The position numbers were made by a program, and so were the translations under genes. Below the pieces are notes generated by a model. The model saw only the letters and a program-made list of their open reading frames with translations, was not told where the DNA came from and made no database searches. From contig CBDCXM010000002.1 of NCBI GenBank assembly GCA_965223855.1, forward strand, positions 64,001-128,000: a stretch of DNA of 64,000 nt. Reading direction: 5' to 3'. Below are positions 19,969-29,657 of this stretch, one piece after another (position 1 is the first letter of the stretch; every line of letters begins with the position of its first letter). The DNA is from Candidatus Multivoradales bacterium (GTDB lineage: Bacteria > Acidobacteriota > Thermoanaerobaculia > Multivoradales > JAHEKO01).

Positions 19969-22260
19969 ATGCGTCACCGGCTCGCAGCGGGGGCCCTCGC
20001 GCTCCTCGTCGCCTGCTCTTCGGGCGACGAGACGCCACCGATCGGCCGTGCGGCGCAGAAGGGCTGGACGGCCCGGGACATGCCCGCGGCGGGGGAGGCG
20101 TGGTTCCCCGGGCTCGACGGCGGCGTCGAGCTGAGCCCGGCGGCGGTCCGCGGCCGCAACACCTGGATGGTGTGGACCGGCGGCAACGAGGCGATGTGGG
20201 ACCACTTCGCCAACCACTCGTTCGGCACCTTCGACCTGCTCAAGACGCTCTCCTCGCATCCCGCGCTCCCAGGCGGGCGCTCCGATCGTTTTCGTCGCCT
20301 CGGGCTATGGAACGAGCCGGGGTTCGAGGAGGCGGACGGCCCCGACCCGGAGCGCCATGGACTGTGGCTCGACCGCAGGGTCGGCGAATGGCGCGATCCG
20401 TTCGAGGACGGCGATCGCTACCCGGGGGTGGATGGCGGCGCTCTCTACGGCGAGCCTTCGGGCATCGTCGGACTGCGCCTGTTCCCGAACCCGGCGTTCG
20501 ACGAGGAGGCGCGACGGCGCTGGGATCCCGATCGCTACTACACCGACTCGAAGTACTACCTCGATCGCGAGCTGGTCCGGCCCTATCGAGTCGGCATGGC
20601 GTGCTCGTTCTGTCACGTCGGCGCGAGTCCGGTCGCGCCGCCCGCCGATCCCGAGGGCCCCGCCTGGAGCGAGCTGTCGGCCTACGTCGGCTCGCAGTAC
20701 TTCCGCAACGGCACCGTCTTCTACTACGACCCCGATCCGGGCAATTTCCTCTTTCAGCTCTTCGACGCTCCGCCGCGCGGTACCAACGACACCTCGTTCC
20801 TCGCGACCGACACGATCTTCAATCCGAGGACGATGAACGCCATCTACTCGGTCGGCGCGCGTCTCGACGCCGCAGGCCGGTGGGGCTCCGAGACGCTGTC
20901 CGGGAGAGCCCTTGCGAACCCGAGCCTCGGCGCCGGGGAGGGTGCGGCCGGCGCCGAGGTCGTCACCCAGGTCGTCACTCAGGTCGACCGCGACGTGCCG
21001 CACATCCTCAAGGACGGCGCCGACTCGGTCGGCGTGCTCGGTGCCCTGAACCGTGTCTACGTCAACATCGGCATGTTTCACGAGGAGTGGTTCCGGCACT
21101 TCAACCCGCTCCTGGGGGGAGTCGCCCAGCGACCCCTAGACCTCGAGTCTGCGAGGGAGCGTTCCACCTACTGGAGCGCCACCGAGGCGCGGACCCCCGA
21201 CGTCGCGCAGTACTTCCTCGAGGCGGCGCGACCCCATCGTCTTCGAGACGCTCCCGGAGGCGCCGACCGGCTGGAGGACGATGCGGAGGTGATGCGGAGC
21301 GGGCGGCTCGCCTTCGCCGATCACTGCGCCGGCTGCCACTCGAGCAAGCTTCCCGCCGCCGAAGAGGCCGGCGTGCCGGAGGCGTCCGGGGCCTACTGGG
21401 AGTGGCTGCGCGGCGACGAGGGGCGCGCGGCGCTGCGTGAGATCGTCCTGGCGGAGGACTTCCTGAAGGGAAACTACCTGTCCAACGACAGGAGGATCGC
21501 CGCTGATGTCCTGGGAACGAATCTGTGCAGTCCGGCGGCGACCAACGCGACGGCCGGCCACATCTGGGAGGCGTTCAGCTCCGACAGTTATCGAGCCCTG
21601 CCGGCGATCGGCCCGCTCGAGGTCGAGGGACTTCCCGGAGTGACCGCCGATCGGACGTGGGAGCTGGGGCCGGGAGGGCCGGGGTACACCAGGGTGCCGT
21701 CGCTGATCGGCGTCTGGGCGTCGGCGCCGCTGCTGCTGTCGAACACTCTCGGCGAATACACCGGAGACCCCTCGGTGGAAGGTCGCCTCCAGGCCTTCGA
21801 CTCGGCGATGGAGCAGCTGCTGTGGCCCGAACTGCGGCGACCCTTCGTGCCGCGCACCACCGAGGTCAGCCACCTCGAGATCGCCGTCGCCTACCTGCGC
21901 TCTCCCCTCGATCGCCTGGTCGGCTTCGTCTCCCGGTGGTTCGGCAACGGCGTGATCGAGATCGGGCCGATCCCGAAGGGGACACCGGTGGGGCTGCTCG
22001 CGAACCTGGACCTCAACCGTCCCGAGCGACACGGCGAACTGCTGCGTCTCGTGCCGCGGATCGCCACCTCGCTGGCGAAGATCTCGACGGAGAGGATGAG
22101 CGAGGCGGAGGCGACCGAGCTCCTGCGGCGAGAGGTGGCGCCGAGCCTGCTCGCCCTCAACACCTGCCCCGACTTCGTGCTGAATCGCGGACACGAGTTC
22201 GGCAGTGAGCTCTCGGACGCCCGCAAGCGGGCGCTGATCGAGTTCGTCAGGACGTTCTGA
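19969..22260 (+). CDS. Large di-heme cytochrome c lipoprotein (RoxA/MauG-superfamily-like)
   Basis: Lipobox LVAC; CSFCH and CAGCH; PSLIGVWASAP; C-terminal GHEFG..LS...KRALIEF. Confidence 0.75.
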   Translation: MRHRLAAGALALLVACSSGDETPPIGRAAQKGWTARDMPAAGEAWFPGLDGGVELSPAAVRGRNTWMVWTGGNEAMWDHFANHSFGTFDLLKTLSSHPALPGGRSDRFRRLGLWNEPGFEEADGPDPERHGLWLDRRVGEWRDPFEDGDRYPGVDGGALYGEPSGIVGLRLFPNPAFDEEARRRWDPDRYYTDSKYYLDRELVRPYRVGMACSFCHVGASPVAPPADPEGPAWSELSAYVGSQYFRNGTVFYYDPDPGNFLFQLFDAPPRGTNDTSFLATDTIFNPRTMNAIYSVGARLDAAGRWGSETLSGRALANPSLGAGEGAAGAEVVTQVVTQVDRDVPHILKDGADSVGVLGALNRVYVNIGMFHEEWFRHFNPLLGGVAQRPLDLESARERSTYWSATEARTPDVAQYFLEAARPHRLRDAPGGADRLEDDAEVMRSGRLAFADHCAGCHSSKLPAAEEAGVPEASGAYWEWLRGDEGRAALREIVLAEDFLKGNYLSNDRRIAADVLGTNLCSPAATNATAGHIWEAFSSDSYRALPAIGPLEVEGLPGVTADRTWELGPGGPGYTRVPSLIGVWASAPLLLSNTLGEYTGDPSVEGRLQAFDSAMEQLLWPELRRPFVPRTTEVSHLEIAVAYLRSPLDRLVGFVSRWFGNGVIEIGPIPKGTPVGLLANLDLNRPERHGELLRLVPRIATSLAKISTERMSEAEATELLRREVAPSLLALNTCPDFVLNRGHEFGSELSDARKRALIEFVRTF

Positions 22261-22356
22261 CTTCGCTGCTCGGCCGGCGGCCCTGATACCCTCACGACGC
22301 CGGGGCCGGCAAGTCCGAGATCGATTGCAGTCGATACAGCTCACCTGGAGGGTTTG

Positions 22357-23211
22357 ATGGGCGAAGCCCACGTGGGAGAGGTGTATCGAGCGCTCGCGGT
22401 CTTCGTCGAGCCGCCTTCTCCCGAGCACGAGGTCGTCGCGTCGGTGCTGGAGCTAGGTGAGCTGCCCACTGCGGCCGAGCACACCGACCTGTTCGATTTT
22501 CAACTCTTCCCTCACGCGTCGGTCTACCTGAGCGACTCCGGGTTCAAGGGAGGCGAGGCGCGCGATCGGATCGCCGGCTTCTGGCGGGTCCTCGAGCTCG
22601 AGCCGCCTCGCGATCCCGACCACCTCACCGTGCTGCTGGCGGCGTACGGTGCGCTTCTCGATCGCGAAGCGGTGGCGGCCAGCGGCGATCACGCCAACTG
22701 GCGGCATGTCCGCCAGGTCTTCCTGCACGAGCACCTGCTCTCGTGGCTGCCGCTCTACCTCCAGGCGGTGCGGGAGCACGCCGGGACGTTCCACTGCCGC
22801 TGGGTCGACCGCCTCGAGGAGGTCCTCGCGAGCGAGTCGCTCGACGAGGCCGTCGCCTCCGAACTGCCGGCGGCACTACGCGAGCTGGCGCCCGTGCCCG
22901 ACCCGCGCGTCGAGGGAGGCGGGCCGTGGCTTGCTGCCCTTCTGGCGCCCGCGAGGGCGGGTTTCATCCTCACCCGCGACGCTCTGGCGGGGCTCGCCCG
23001 TGAGACGGGTCTCGGGCGGCGGGTCGCGGAGCGCCGCTACGTGCTGGAGGCGCTGCTGTCGCAGGATGCCCGCGCGGTTCTCGAAGGGCTCGCCGAACTC
23101 GCGCGGCCGACGGGACTGGAGGTGATGCCGTCGGTGACGCGAGCGTGGTGGCAGGAGCGAGCGGCCGCCACCTCGAGCCTGCTTCTCGAACTGGCCGCGG
23201 ACGCCGGCTGA
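22357..23211 (+). CDS. TorD/DmsD-family molybdoenzyme chaperone
   Basis: PHASVYL, PDHL and FLHEHLLSW motifs. Confidence 0.8.
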   Translation: MGEAHVGEVYRALAVFVEPPSPEHEVVASVLELGELPTAAEHTDLFDFQLFPHASVYLSDSGFKGGEARDRIAGFWRVLELEPPRDPDHLTVLLAAYGALLDREAVAASGDHANWRHVRQVFLHEHLLSWLPLYLQAVREHAGTFHCRWVDRLEEVLASESLDEAVASELPAALRELAPVPDPRVEGGGPWLAALLAPARAGFILTRDALAGLARETGLGRRVAERRYVLEALLSQDARAVLEGLAELARPTGLEVMPSVTRAWWQERAAATSSLLLELAADAG

Positions 23212-23247
23212 TCGAGCCGGGCTTCAGGACCTGACAGCCTCCCGGGC

Positions 23248-23276
23248 TTGACAACCATCCGGAGCCCGCGCACGCT
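23248..23276 (+). promoter_or_regulatory. Sigma70-type promoter TTGACA-17-CACGCT
   Basis: ttgaca at 23248-23253, 17-nt spacer, cacgct at 23271-23276, in-frame GTG 7 nt later. Confidence 0.5.
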
Positions 23277-23283
23277 CGCCGCC

Positions 23284-24792
23284 GTGAACGCAGGGGGTGC
23301 AGTGAGGAGAGCGTGGGTGCTGGCCGCCGGCGTGCTGGTGGCGGTGAGCGGTGGCTGCGGTCGCGAGGAGCGCCCGCCCAATGTGCTGTGGATCGTCTGG
23401 GACACCGTCCGGGCGGATCGGCTCAGCCTCTACGGACACGACCGGTCGACCACTCCGAACCTCGAGGCGCTGGCGGCGGCGGGGCGGGTCTACGACGCCA
23501 CCTCGGCTTCGTGCTGGACGATCCCGTCCCACACCTCGATGTTCACAGGGCTGTTCCCCGGAGAGCATGGGGTGCATGGCGCCGGCTCACGACTCGCCGA
23601 GACGACACCGACTCTGGCGGAGCTTCTCGCGGCCCGGGGGTACTCGACGTTCCTCTTCTCGGCCAATCCCTTCCTCGTCATGGACCTCGGGACGAGTCGC
23701 GGTTTCGAGACCGTCGAGCATCCGATGCTCGAAGGGCTCGCCGAGCGGTCGCTCGAGCTCGTGGAGGAGAGACTTCACCCCCTCGACCGCCGCAACGAGC
23801 TCAGGGCCGGCCTGCGTTCGAAGCGCACGGCCGGCTGGCAGCGCAAGGCTGTCGGCAGCCTCACCAACGAGCGTTTCGAGCGCTTCCTCGACGGTCGCGA
23901 CGAGTCGCGGCCGTTCTTCGCCTTCCTCAACTACATGGAAGCGCATCGTCCGCGAGCGCCGAGGCGAGAGGACCTCGAGCGCTTCCTCGACGAGACTGAG
24001 ATCCGAAGCTGGTACCGTCTCGATCGCAGCAAGGCGCGACTTCACCGGCTGAGCCTGGCGATCGACGACGCCGAACCGCTCGGCCCGCGGCAGCTCGATC
24101 TCTTCCGGACCGCCTACGATGCGACGTTGGTCGAGCTGGACGAACTGCTCGCGGCGGTGTTCGAGGGTCTCGAGCGCCGCGGGCTGCGGGACTCGACCGT
24201 GGTGGTCCTGACGTCGGACCACGGCGAGCATCTGGGAGAACACGGCAGCTATCTCCATCAGTACAGCCTCTTCGAACCGGTCGTCTCGGTGCCGCTCGTC
24301 GTCTGGGCACCCGGTCGGATCGAGCCCGGGCGTGAGGCGGTTCCGGTCTCGAACGTCGATCTCTTCCCGACCCTGCTCGCTCTGACCGGCGTCGAGGGTC
24401 CCCAGCGACCGCGACTCGGCAACCTGCTCAGCCCCCAGCCGCGCCATCCGGTGGTCAGCGAGTACCTCGTCGCCTACCGGGCGATTCTCGCGAAGAAGGC
24501 CCTCGAGTATCCCGATTGGGACCCGTCTCCCTACGAACGTCAGCTTCGATCGCTCAGGCTCGGCGACAGCAAGCTGCTGTGGCGGTCCGGCGGCGGCAAC
24601 TCGCTCTTCGACCTTGCCGACGATCCGCTCGAAGGAGTCGATCTGACGCCGACCGATCCGACGCTGGCCAGTCGGCTCGAGGGGCTTCTCACCCACTGGA
24701 TCTCCCTCGGCGAGGACGGCGAGGCGGGGGAGGTGGCCGACGAGCTTTCCGACGAGCAGCTCGAATGGCTGCAAGACCTCGGTTACCTGTGA
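23284..24792 (+). CDS. Sulfatase-like lipoprotein (alkaline phosphatase superfamily), paralog 1
   Basis: DTVRAD, WTIPSHTSMFTG, NYMEAH, TSDHGE and C-terminal LQDLGYL. Alternative start GTG 23302. Confidence 0.85.
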   Translation: MNAGGAVRRAWVLAAGVLVAVSGGCGREERPPNVLWIVWDTVRADRLSLYGHDRSTTPNLEALAAAGRVYDATSASCWTIPSHTSMFTGLFPGEHGVHGAGSRLAETTPTLAELLAARGYSTFLFSANPFLVMDLGTSRGFETVEHPMLEGLAERSLELVEERLHPLDRRNELRAGLRSKRTAGWQRKAVGSLTNERFERFLDGRDESRPFFAFLNYMEAHRPRAPRREDLERFLDETEIRSWYRLDRSKARLHRLSLAIDDAEPLGPRQLDLFRTAYDATLVELDELLAAVFEGLERRGLRDSTVVVLTSDHGEHLGEHGSYLHQYSLFEPVVSVPLVVWAPGRIEPGREAVPVSNVDLFPTLLALTGVEGPQRPRLGNLLSPQPRHPVVSEYLVAYRAILAKKALEYPDWDPSPYERQLRSLRLGDSKLLWRSGGGNSLFDLADDPLEGVDLTPTDPTLASRLEGLLTHWISLGEDGEAGEVADELSDEQLEWLQDLGYL

Positions 24793-26516
24793 GCCGGGCG
24801 AACCAGCCCCGAGACTCTTCGTGGGTCTTCCCGGCCCCGATCGAGTGGTGCTACCTCTCGGTCGGCGCCCTGCTGATGGTGCGGTACCGGTGGATCATGG
24901 ACGACGCGATGGTCTACCTGCGCTATCTCGACAATCTGCTCTTCTTGAAGCTCGGACTGGTCTTCAACGCCGGCGAGTACGTGGAGGGGTTCTCGAGCCT
25001 CGGCTGGGTCGTGCTGCTGATCCCTCTGCGGGCGATCGGACTGTCGTTCGAGACGATCGTGCTGGGGGTCGGGATCGTCGTCTTCGCCTGTTTCGGCTAC
25101 GGCCTCGTCGTCCTCAACCGCAAGCTGGCTCCGGAGGGGGCGCCGGTCGTCAACCTGCCCCTGGCGCTGCTCCTCGGCAACTACGCCTGCCTGTCGTTCT
25201 TCACCGGCGGTCTCGAAGTCGTCCTGGTGCAGCTTCTGGCGGTGGTGTTCGCCCTCTTCTTCATCGAGCCGCAGTCCCGTCTCTGGCAGGTCGGCGTCGC
25301 ATTGGCCCCGGTGGTCCGGCACGAACTCGTCGTGCCGCTGTTGCTGGCGCTCGTCTTCGTGCGCGCGCAGCGCAGGATCGCGCTGCGGATCGGCATCCTT
25401 GCCGTCGCGGCGCTCGGTCTTCTCGTCGCGTTCCGGGTCGTCTACTACGCCGAGCTGGTACCGAACACCTTCTTCGTCAAGGACGATGTCGAGATCCGCC
25501 GGGGCCTCACCTACCTGTGGGAGACCGTTTCGACCTACGGCACAGCCTGGGTCGCGGCGGCGGGCGTGATTGCTACCTGGTGGCTGCTGCGGCGACGCGC
25601 CCTGACCTTCGCCCCGGCGAGGCTCTGGATGCTGGCGGCGGCGGCGTCGGTAGCGGCCTATGTCGTCAAGGTGGGCGGGGCTCCGCTCCACTACTGGTAC
25701 CTCGCCTTCCCGTTCTGCCTGTCGCTGGCGACGACCGCCGGGCTTGCCGAGGGTCTCCTGGCACGGGAGTTCCGAGGCCGCCGGATCGTCGCCTGGACGG
25801 CGGGTCTCGCGCTCTTCGCCGCTACGATCCTGGCGTATCCGATCCGGCTGGAGCGGCATCCGCTCTCGGCCGATCTCGGCCTCCGCAACGGCAAGGGGTT
25901 CAGCGATCCGGAGTGGCACCGCAAGCTCTTCCGGCGGGACTCCTACGGGATCGACGCGAAGCCGGACTATTCGGCGACGATGCCCGACGGAGAGTACCGG
26001 GGAGTCTCGATGCACGGTCTGTGTGCGCTGATGTTCGAGAGGATCGACTACCGCTGGGTGCACGGGTTCGGGCTGACGGATCCGATTCTCGCGAGAGTCG
26101 ACGTCGAAGAGCACCGGGCGGGACACAAACGGCGGCTCTTCCTGCTCGCCAACGACCTGCGGGAGCTGCGGGAATCTCCCGAGTACCGTCGGATCGGCGG
26201 CCTCGGACAGGCGGTGGAGGACGGGGTGGCACCGCCCTGGGTCGAGCACGAGATCGAGAAGATCTCGGTCATCGAGCGCAAGCTCTACAACCGGCACCGC
26301 CCGTGGGAGAACCTGAAGCTGGCGCTGGCCGGAGACCTGACGCTCTCACTCGATGGCGAGACGCGCGAACGCGTCGAGAACTATGTCCAGGGAGTGGAGG
26401 ATCGCCGGTTGGAGCGGAGGCGAGCGGCACGCGAGGAGCGCCGCAAGAAACGCCGCGAGGCGCAACGCGCCCGAGCGTCCGGGACCGCGGAGCCGACAGA
26501 GGAGCCGCCACCTTGA
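24789..26516 (+). CDS. Polytopic membrane protein, GT-C glycosyltransferase-like (AftB-like)
   Basis: DDA...RY..N...GLVFNAGEYVEGFSS motif, PNTFFVK and many TM helices; GTGA overlap with the upstream stop. Confidence 0.75.
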   Translation: MSRANQPRDSSWVFPAPIEWCYLSVGALLMVRYRWIMDDAMVYLRYLDNLLFLKLGLVFNAGEYVEGFSSLGWVVLLIPLRAIGLSFETIVLGVGIVVFACFGYGLVVLNRKLAPEGAPVVNLPLALLLGNYACLSFFTGGLEVVLVQLLAVVFALFFIEPQSRLWQVGVALAPVVRHELVVPLLLALVFVRAQRRIALRIGILAVAALGLLVAFRVVYYAELVPNTFFVKDDVEIRRGLTYLWETVSTYGTAWVAAAGVIATWWLLRRRALTFAPARLWMLAAAASVAAYVVKVGGAPLHYWYLAFPFCLSLATTAGLAEGLLAREFRGRRIVAWTAGLALFAATILAYPIRLERHPLSADLGLRNGKGFSDPEWHRKLFRRDSYGIDAKPDYSATMPDGEYRGVSMHGLCALMFERIDYRWVHGFGLTDPILARVDVEEHRAGHKRRLFLLANDLRELRESPEYRRIGGLGQAVEDGVAPPWVEHEIEKISVIERKLYNRHRPWENLKLALAGDLTLSLDGETRERVENYVQGVEDRRLERRRAAREERRKKRREAQRARASGTAEPTEEPPP

Positions 26517-28027
26517 GATGCGTCTCCCGGCTTGCCCCAGTCGTTCTCTCGCTGGCACTGCTGCCAGTCGGCGGCTGCAGCCCGGCGGAGCGGCCGACCT
26601 CCGATTTCGCCTTGCCGAACCTGCTGTGGATCGTCTGGGACACCGTCAGGGCGGACCGGCTGAGCCTCTACGGCCACGAGCGAGCGACGACACCCCATCT
26701 GGAACAGCTGGCCGCCTCGGCGAGGGTCTACGACGCCTCTTCGCCGTCCTGCTGGACCGTCCCCTCCCACGCCTCGATGTTCACCGGGCTCTACCCGGGC
26801 GATCACGGGATGAACCGGATGGGGTCGGTGCTCGATCCGTCGTTGCCGACCCTCGCCGAGCTCTTCGGAGAGCGGGGATACGCGACCTTCCTCTACAGCG
26901 CCAACCCCTTCCTCTCCCGCGAGACCGGGCTGGCGCGCGGTTTCGAGGTCGTCGAGCAGCCGGGCGATCCCGATCTGAGGGAGCGCGCCCGCGAGCTTGT
27001 GCTGGCGAAGATCGAGCCGGGCATGCCTCATCCCCTCAGAGAGCTCGTCGATCGAGCGGAGGGAGCGGACTGGGCGCTTCAGGGAGCGGGGGAGCTGGCC
27101 GAAGAGCGGCTCGAGAGGTTCCTCGACACGCGAGACCGGGGACAGCCGTTCTTCGCTTTCCTCAACTACATGGAGGCGCATCGCATCCGCCTCCCCTCGA
27201 GGGCTCGGCTCGAGCGCTTCCTCTCGCCGGAGGAGGCATCCGCTGCCCTGGAGCTCGGCACCAGCCAGGAGCGCTTCCAGGCGACGACGCTCGGGCTGGC
27301 TCCTCCTTTCACCGACGAAGAGGAGCATCTGCTGGCCGCCGCCTACGACGCGACGCTGCTCGACCTCGACGAGCTGCTCGCCGGGATCTTCGATCTGTTG
27401 GCCGATCGCGGCCTCGCCTCCGACACGGTGGTCGTCCTGACCTCGGACCATGGCGAGCACCTCGGTGAGGGCGGAAGCTGGGTCCACCAGTACAGCCTGT
27501 CGGAGGCGCTGGTCAACGTGCCGCTCGTGGTGTGGACTCCCGACTCCGTCGCAGCCCGGCGGTTGGAGGCGGGCAGGGAGCCGGTGCCCGTCTCGACTGT
27601 CGGTCTGTTCGGCGCGCTGCAGTGGTGGGCGGGTCTGGAGGAGGTCGAGTGGGGTGTCGGCGGCCGGTCGCTCGTGGCCCCCGATCCGACGCAGGCCGTG
27701 CATGCCGAGTACCTCCGGCCGGCCGAGCAGGTGCTCAAGGGCTTCGAGGCTCGGCATCCGGGATGGAGCGCCGACTCCTTCCGGCACCGGCTCCGTTCTC
27801 TGCGACTGGGGAGCGAGAAGCTCGTCTGGTCTTCGGGCGAGCCGTTCGCCCTCTTCGAACTCGCGGGCGGGGGGGCAGAGCACAGAGTCGATCGGCCCCG
27901 ACGGATCGAAGAGCTGAGGCGGAGCTTCGATCGCTGGATGAAGGCGCGAGGCGCCGAGGCAGCAGGGGGCAGCCGGACGCTCTCCGAGGAAGAGGAGCGC
28001 CAGCTCCGGGCGCTCGGCTATCTATAG
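26513..28027 (+). CDS. Sulfatase-like lipoprotein, paralog 2
   Basis: Same motifs as paralog 1 (WTVPSHASMFTG, TSDHGE, LRALGYL); TTGA overlap start; lipobox VGGC. Confidence 0.85.
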   Translation: MRCVSRLAPVVLSLALLPVGGCSPAERPTSDFALPNLLWIVWDTVRADRLSLYGHERATTPHLEQLAASARVYDASSPSCWTVPSHASMFTGLYPGDHGMNRMGSVLDPSLPTLAELFGERGYATFLYSANPFLSRETGLARGFEVVEQPGDPDLRERARELVLAKIEPGMPHPLRELVDRAEGADWALQGAGELAEERLERFLDTRDRGQPFFAFLNYMEAHRIRLPSRARLERFLSPEEASAALELGTSQERFQATTLGLAPPFTDEEEHLLAAAYDATLLDLDELLAGIFDLLADRGLASDTVVVLTSDHGEHLGEGGSWVHQYSLSEALVNVPLVVWTPDSVAARRLEAGREPVPVSTVGLFGALQWWAGLEEVEWGVGGRSLVAPDPTQAVHAEYLRPAEQVLKGFEARHPGWSADSFRHRLRSLRLGSEKLVWSSGEPFALFELAGGGAEHRVDRPRRIEELRRSFDRWMKARGAEAAGGSRTLSEEEERQLRALGYL

Positions 28028-28179
28028 CCGGGCAGTCGAGCGGGCTCGACCTGGCGTGAGACTCGCCTGCTTCGCAGGACTCTGGTCTCGCACGTCTTCT
28101 GCGACGCAGGCCCTTTCGTTGTCCGCAGGGCGAGACGTTGGCCGGTTTCGGCGACCCCTGAAACGCCGTTCGGGTCGGG

Positions 28180-29499
28180 TCAGGGCACCGTGACCGACCA
28201 TGCCGAGGTATCGCCGGACTCGAACCCGTCCGAGAAGACCGGCGGGAGTCGGTAGATCCAGGCGGTACCGTGGGGTTCGAACAGCACGTTGTTGGAGTTG
28301 CCGATGACTACACGAGAGCCATCGAAGGCGATCGATTCACCAAAGGTGTCGAGGCCGTGGCCGACGGGAGCTCGGAAGCTGCCGACTTCCACCCACTTGC
28401 CGTCGATGTAGCGGTTGTCATAGACGATGCCTCTCAGGATGTCGTTCCCTTGGCCGCTTTCACCGCCTACTAGGGCCATGTTGCCTCTCAGTGCCACCGC
28501 AGTGCCGTAGAAGCGACCATTGTTGGCAGCGTCAGAGGCCAGCAGCTGCTGCTCCTCTGTCCAAACACCATTGGAGCGGCGGAAGACGTAGGCAGCGCCT
28601 TGGGTCGATTGCCCGCCGGAAACATGTTGGTCGGCGCCGGCCAGGAGGACGTCGGCGTCGAGAGCCACAGAGCTGCCGAGGTGAGTCGTCGTTCCCGCAT
28701 CCGAGGCTGCGAGTCTCTGCTCCAGGGTCCAGACGCTGTTCTCGAGGGTGTACACGTAGACAGCCCCAGCGTTGTCGCCTCCGGGGCCATCCTGGATGCT
28801 GTCTCCAACCGCGAGAGTCTCGCCATCAAGGGCTACTGACCTCCCAAAGGCGTCACCGAGGCCCAGAGAGGGGTCATAGAGCTTCTGCTGTTCGATCCAA
28901 TGGCTGCCGACCAACTCGAAGACGTAGGCCGCTCCACCAGGACTGGTACCGGAGCCCGCTCTTGACGCCCCAACCAGGAGACGTGTCCCTTCCAGATCCA
29001 TAGACCAACCAAAGGCGTCCTGCTCGTCCCCGTCAGAACTGCGGATCTTCGCAAGCTCGACCCAGACTCCCCCGACACCGCGCCGAAAGTAGTAGGCACT
29101 GCCCTGTTGGACCTCCTCATCGTCCGCCATTGCGCCGACGATCGCGATATCGCCGTCAATAGCTACCGAGAAGCCGAAGAGATCGTCCTCCGCTCCATCG
29201 GAGGCGGTCAGCATCGCCTCTTCGACCCAGGTGTCTCCATCACGCCTGAAGATCCAGGCGGCACCCTGGGAGTCGTTGTCACCGATGTCAGCGTGAAACG
29301 CACCCACGATGGCCAGGTCGCCACTCAGATCGACCGCCTCGCCGAAGCTCGACTGAGACTCCTGGTCTTCACCAAAGAGCCTCGCTTCGTCCTCCCAGAG
29401 CGGCCCAGATCCGGAGGCGAGGACTGGGGGCAAAGCGATCGAGGAGGCGATCAGCATTCCCGCAAGGGAGTACCCGCTTCTATGGATCGCAGTTCCCAT
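28180..29499 (-). CDS. FG-GAP repeat beta-propeller protein with C-terminal DGFESGD tail
   Basis: Repeated FGxSVAxDGDxxxVGA...GAAYVF units; ends VFSDGFESGDTSAWSVTVP. Confidence 0.9.
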   Translation of the reverse strand: MGTAIHRSGYSLAGMLIASSIALPPVLASGSGPLWEDEARLFGEDQESQSSFGEAVDLSGDLAIVGAFHADIGDNDSQGAAWIFRRDGDTWVEEAMLTASDGAEDDLFGFSVAIDGDIAIVGAMADDEEVQQGSAYYFRRGVGGVWVELAKIRSSDGDEQDAFGWSMDLEGTRLLVGASRAGSGTSPGGAAYVFELVGSHWIEQQKLYDPSLGLGDAFGRSVALDGETLAVGDSIQDGPGGDNAGAVYVYTLENSVWTLEQRLAASDAGTTTHLGSSVALDADVLLAGADQHVSGGQSTQGAAYVFRRSNGVWTEEQQLLASDAANNGRFYGTAVALRGNMALVGGESGQGNDILRGIVYDNRYIDGKWVEVGSFRAPVGHGLDTFGESIAFDGSRVVIGNSNNVLFEPHGTAWIYRLPPVFSDGFESGDTSAWSVTVP

Positions 29500-29657
29500 T
29501 GCCAACGTCCAGTTGCACCTCAGGGCAGGTCGATGTTGCCATGGATGGCGCTTCCTGAGACGGACCAGTGGGCTACCTCCAGCGCCGAGACACCCGTGGC
29601 CGGACCCGCGTCGAGAGCACCAGGCGGATCGCCGGGTGGGCTCTCGAGAACGTCGGG

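Noticed and set aside
24821-26512. N-terminal half of the 1068-aa ORF
   Set aside because: Out-of-frame overlap with the GT-C gene, Arg/Gly-rich; the real gene starts at about 26513.
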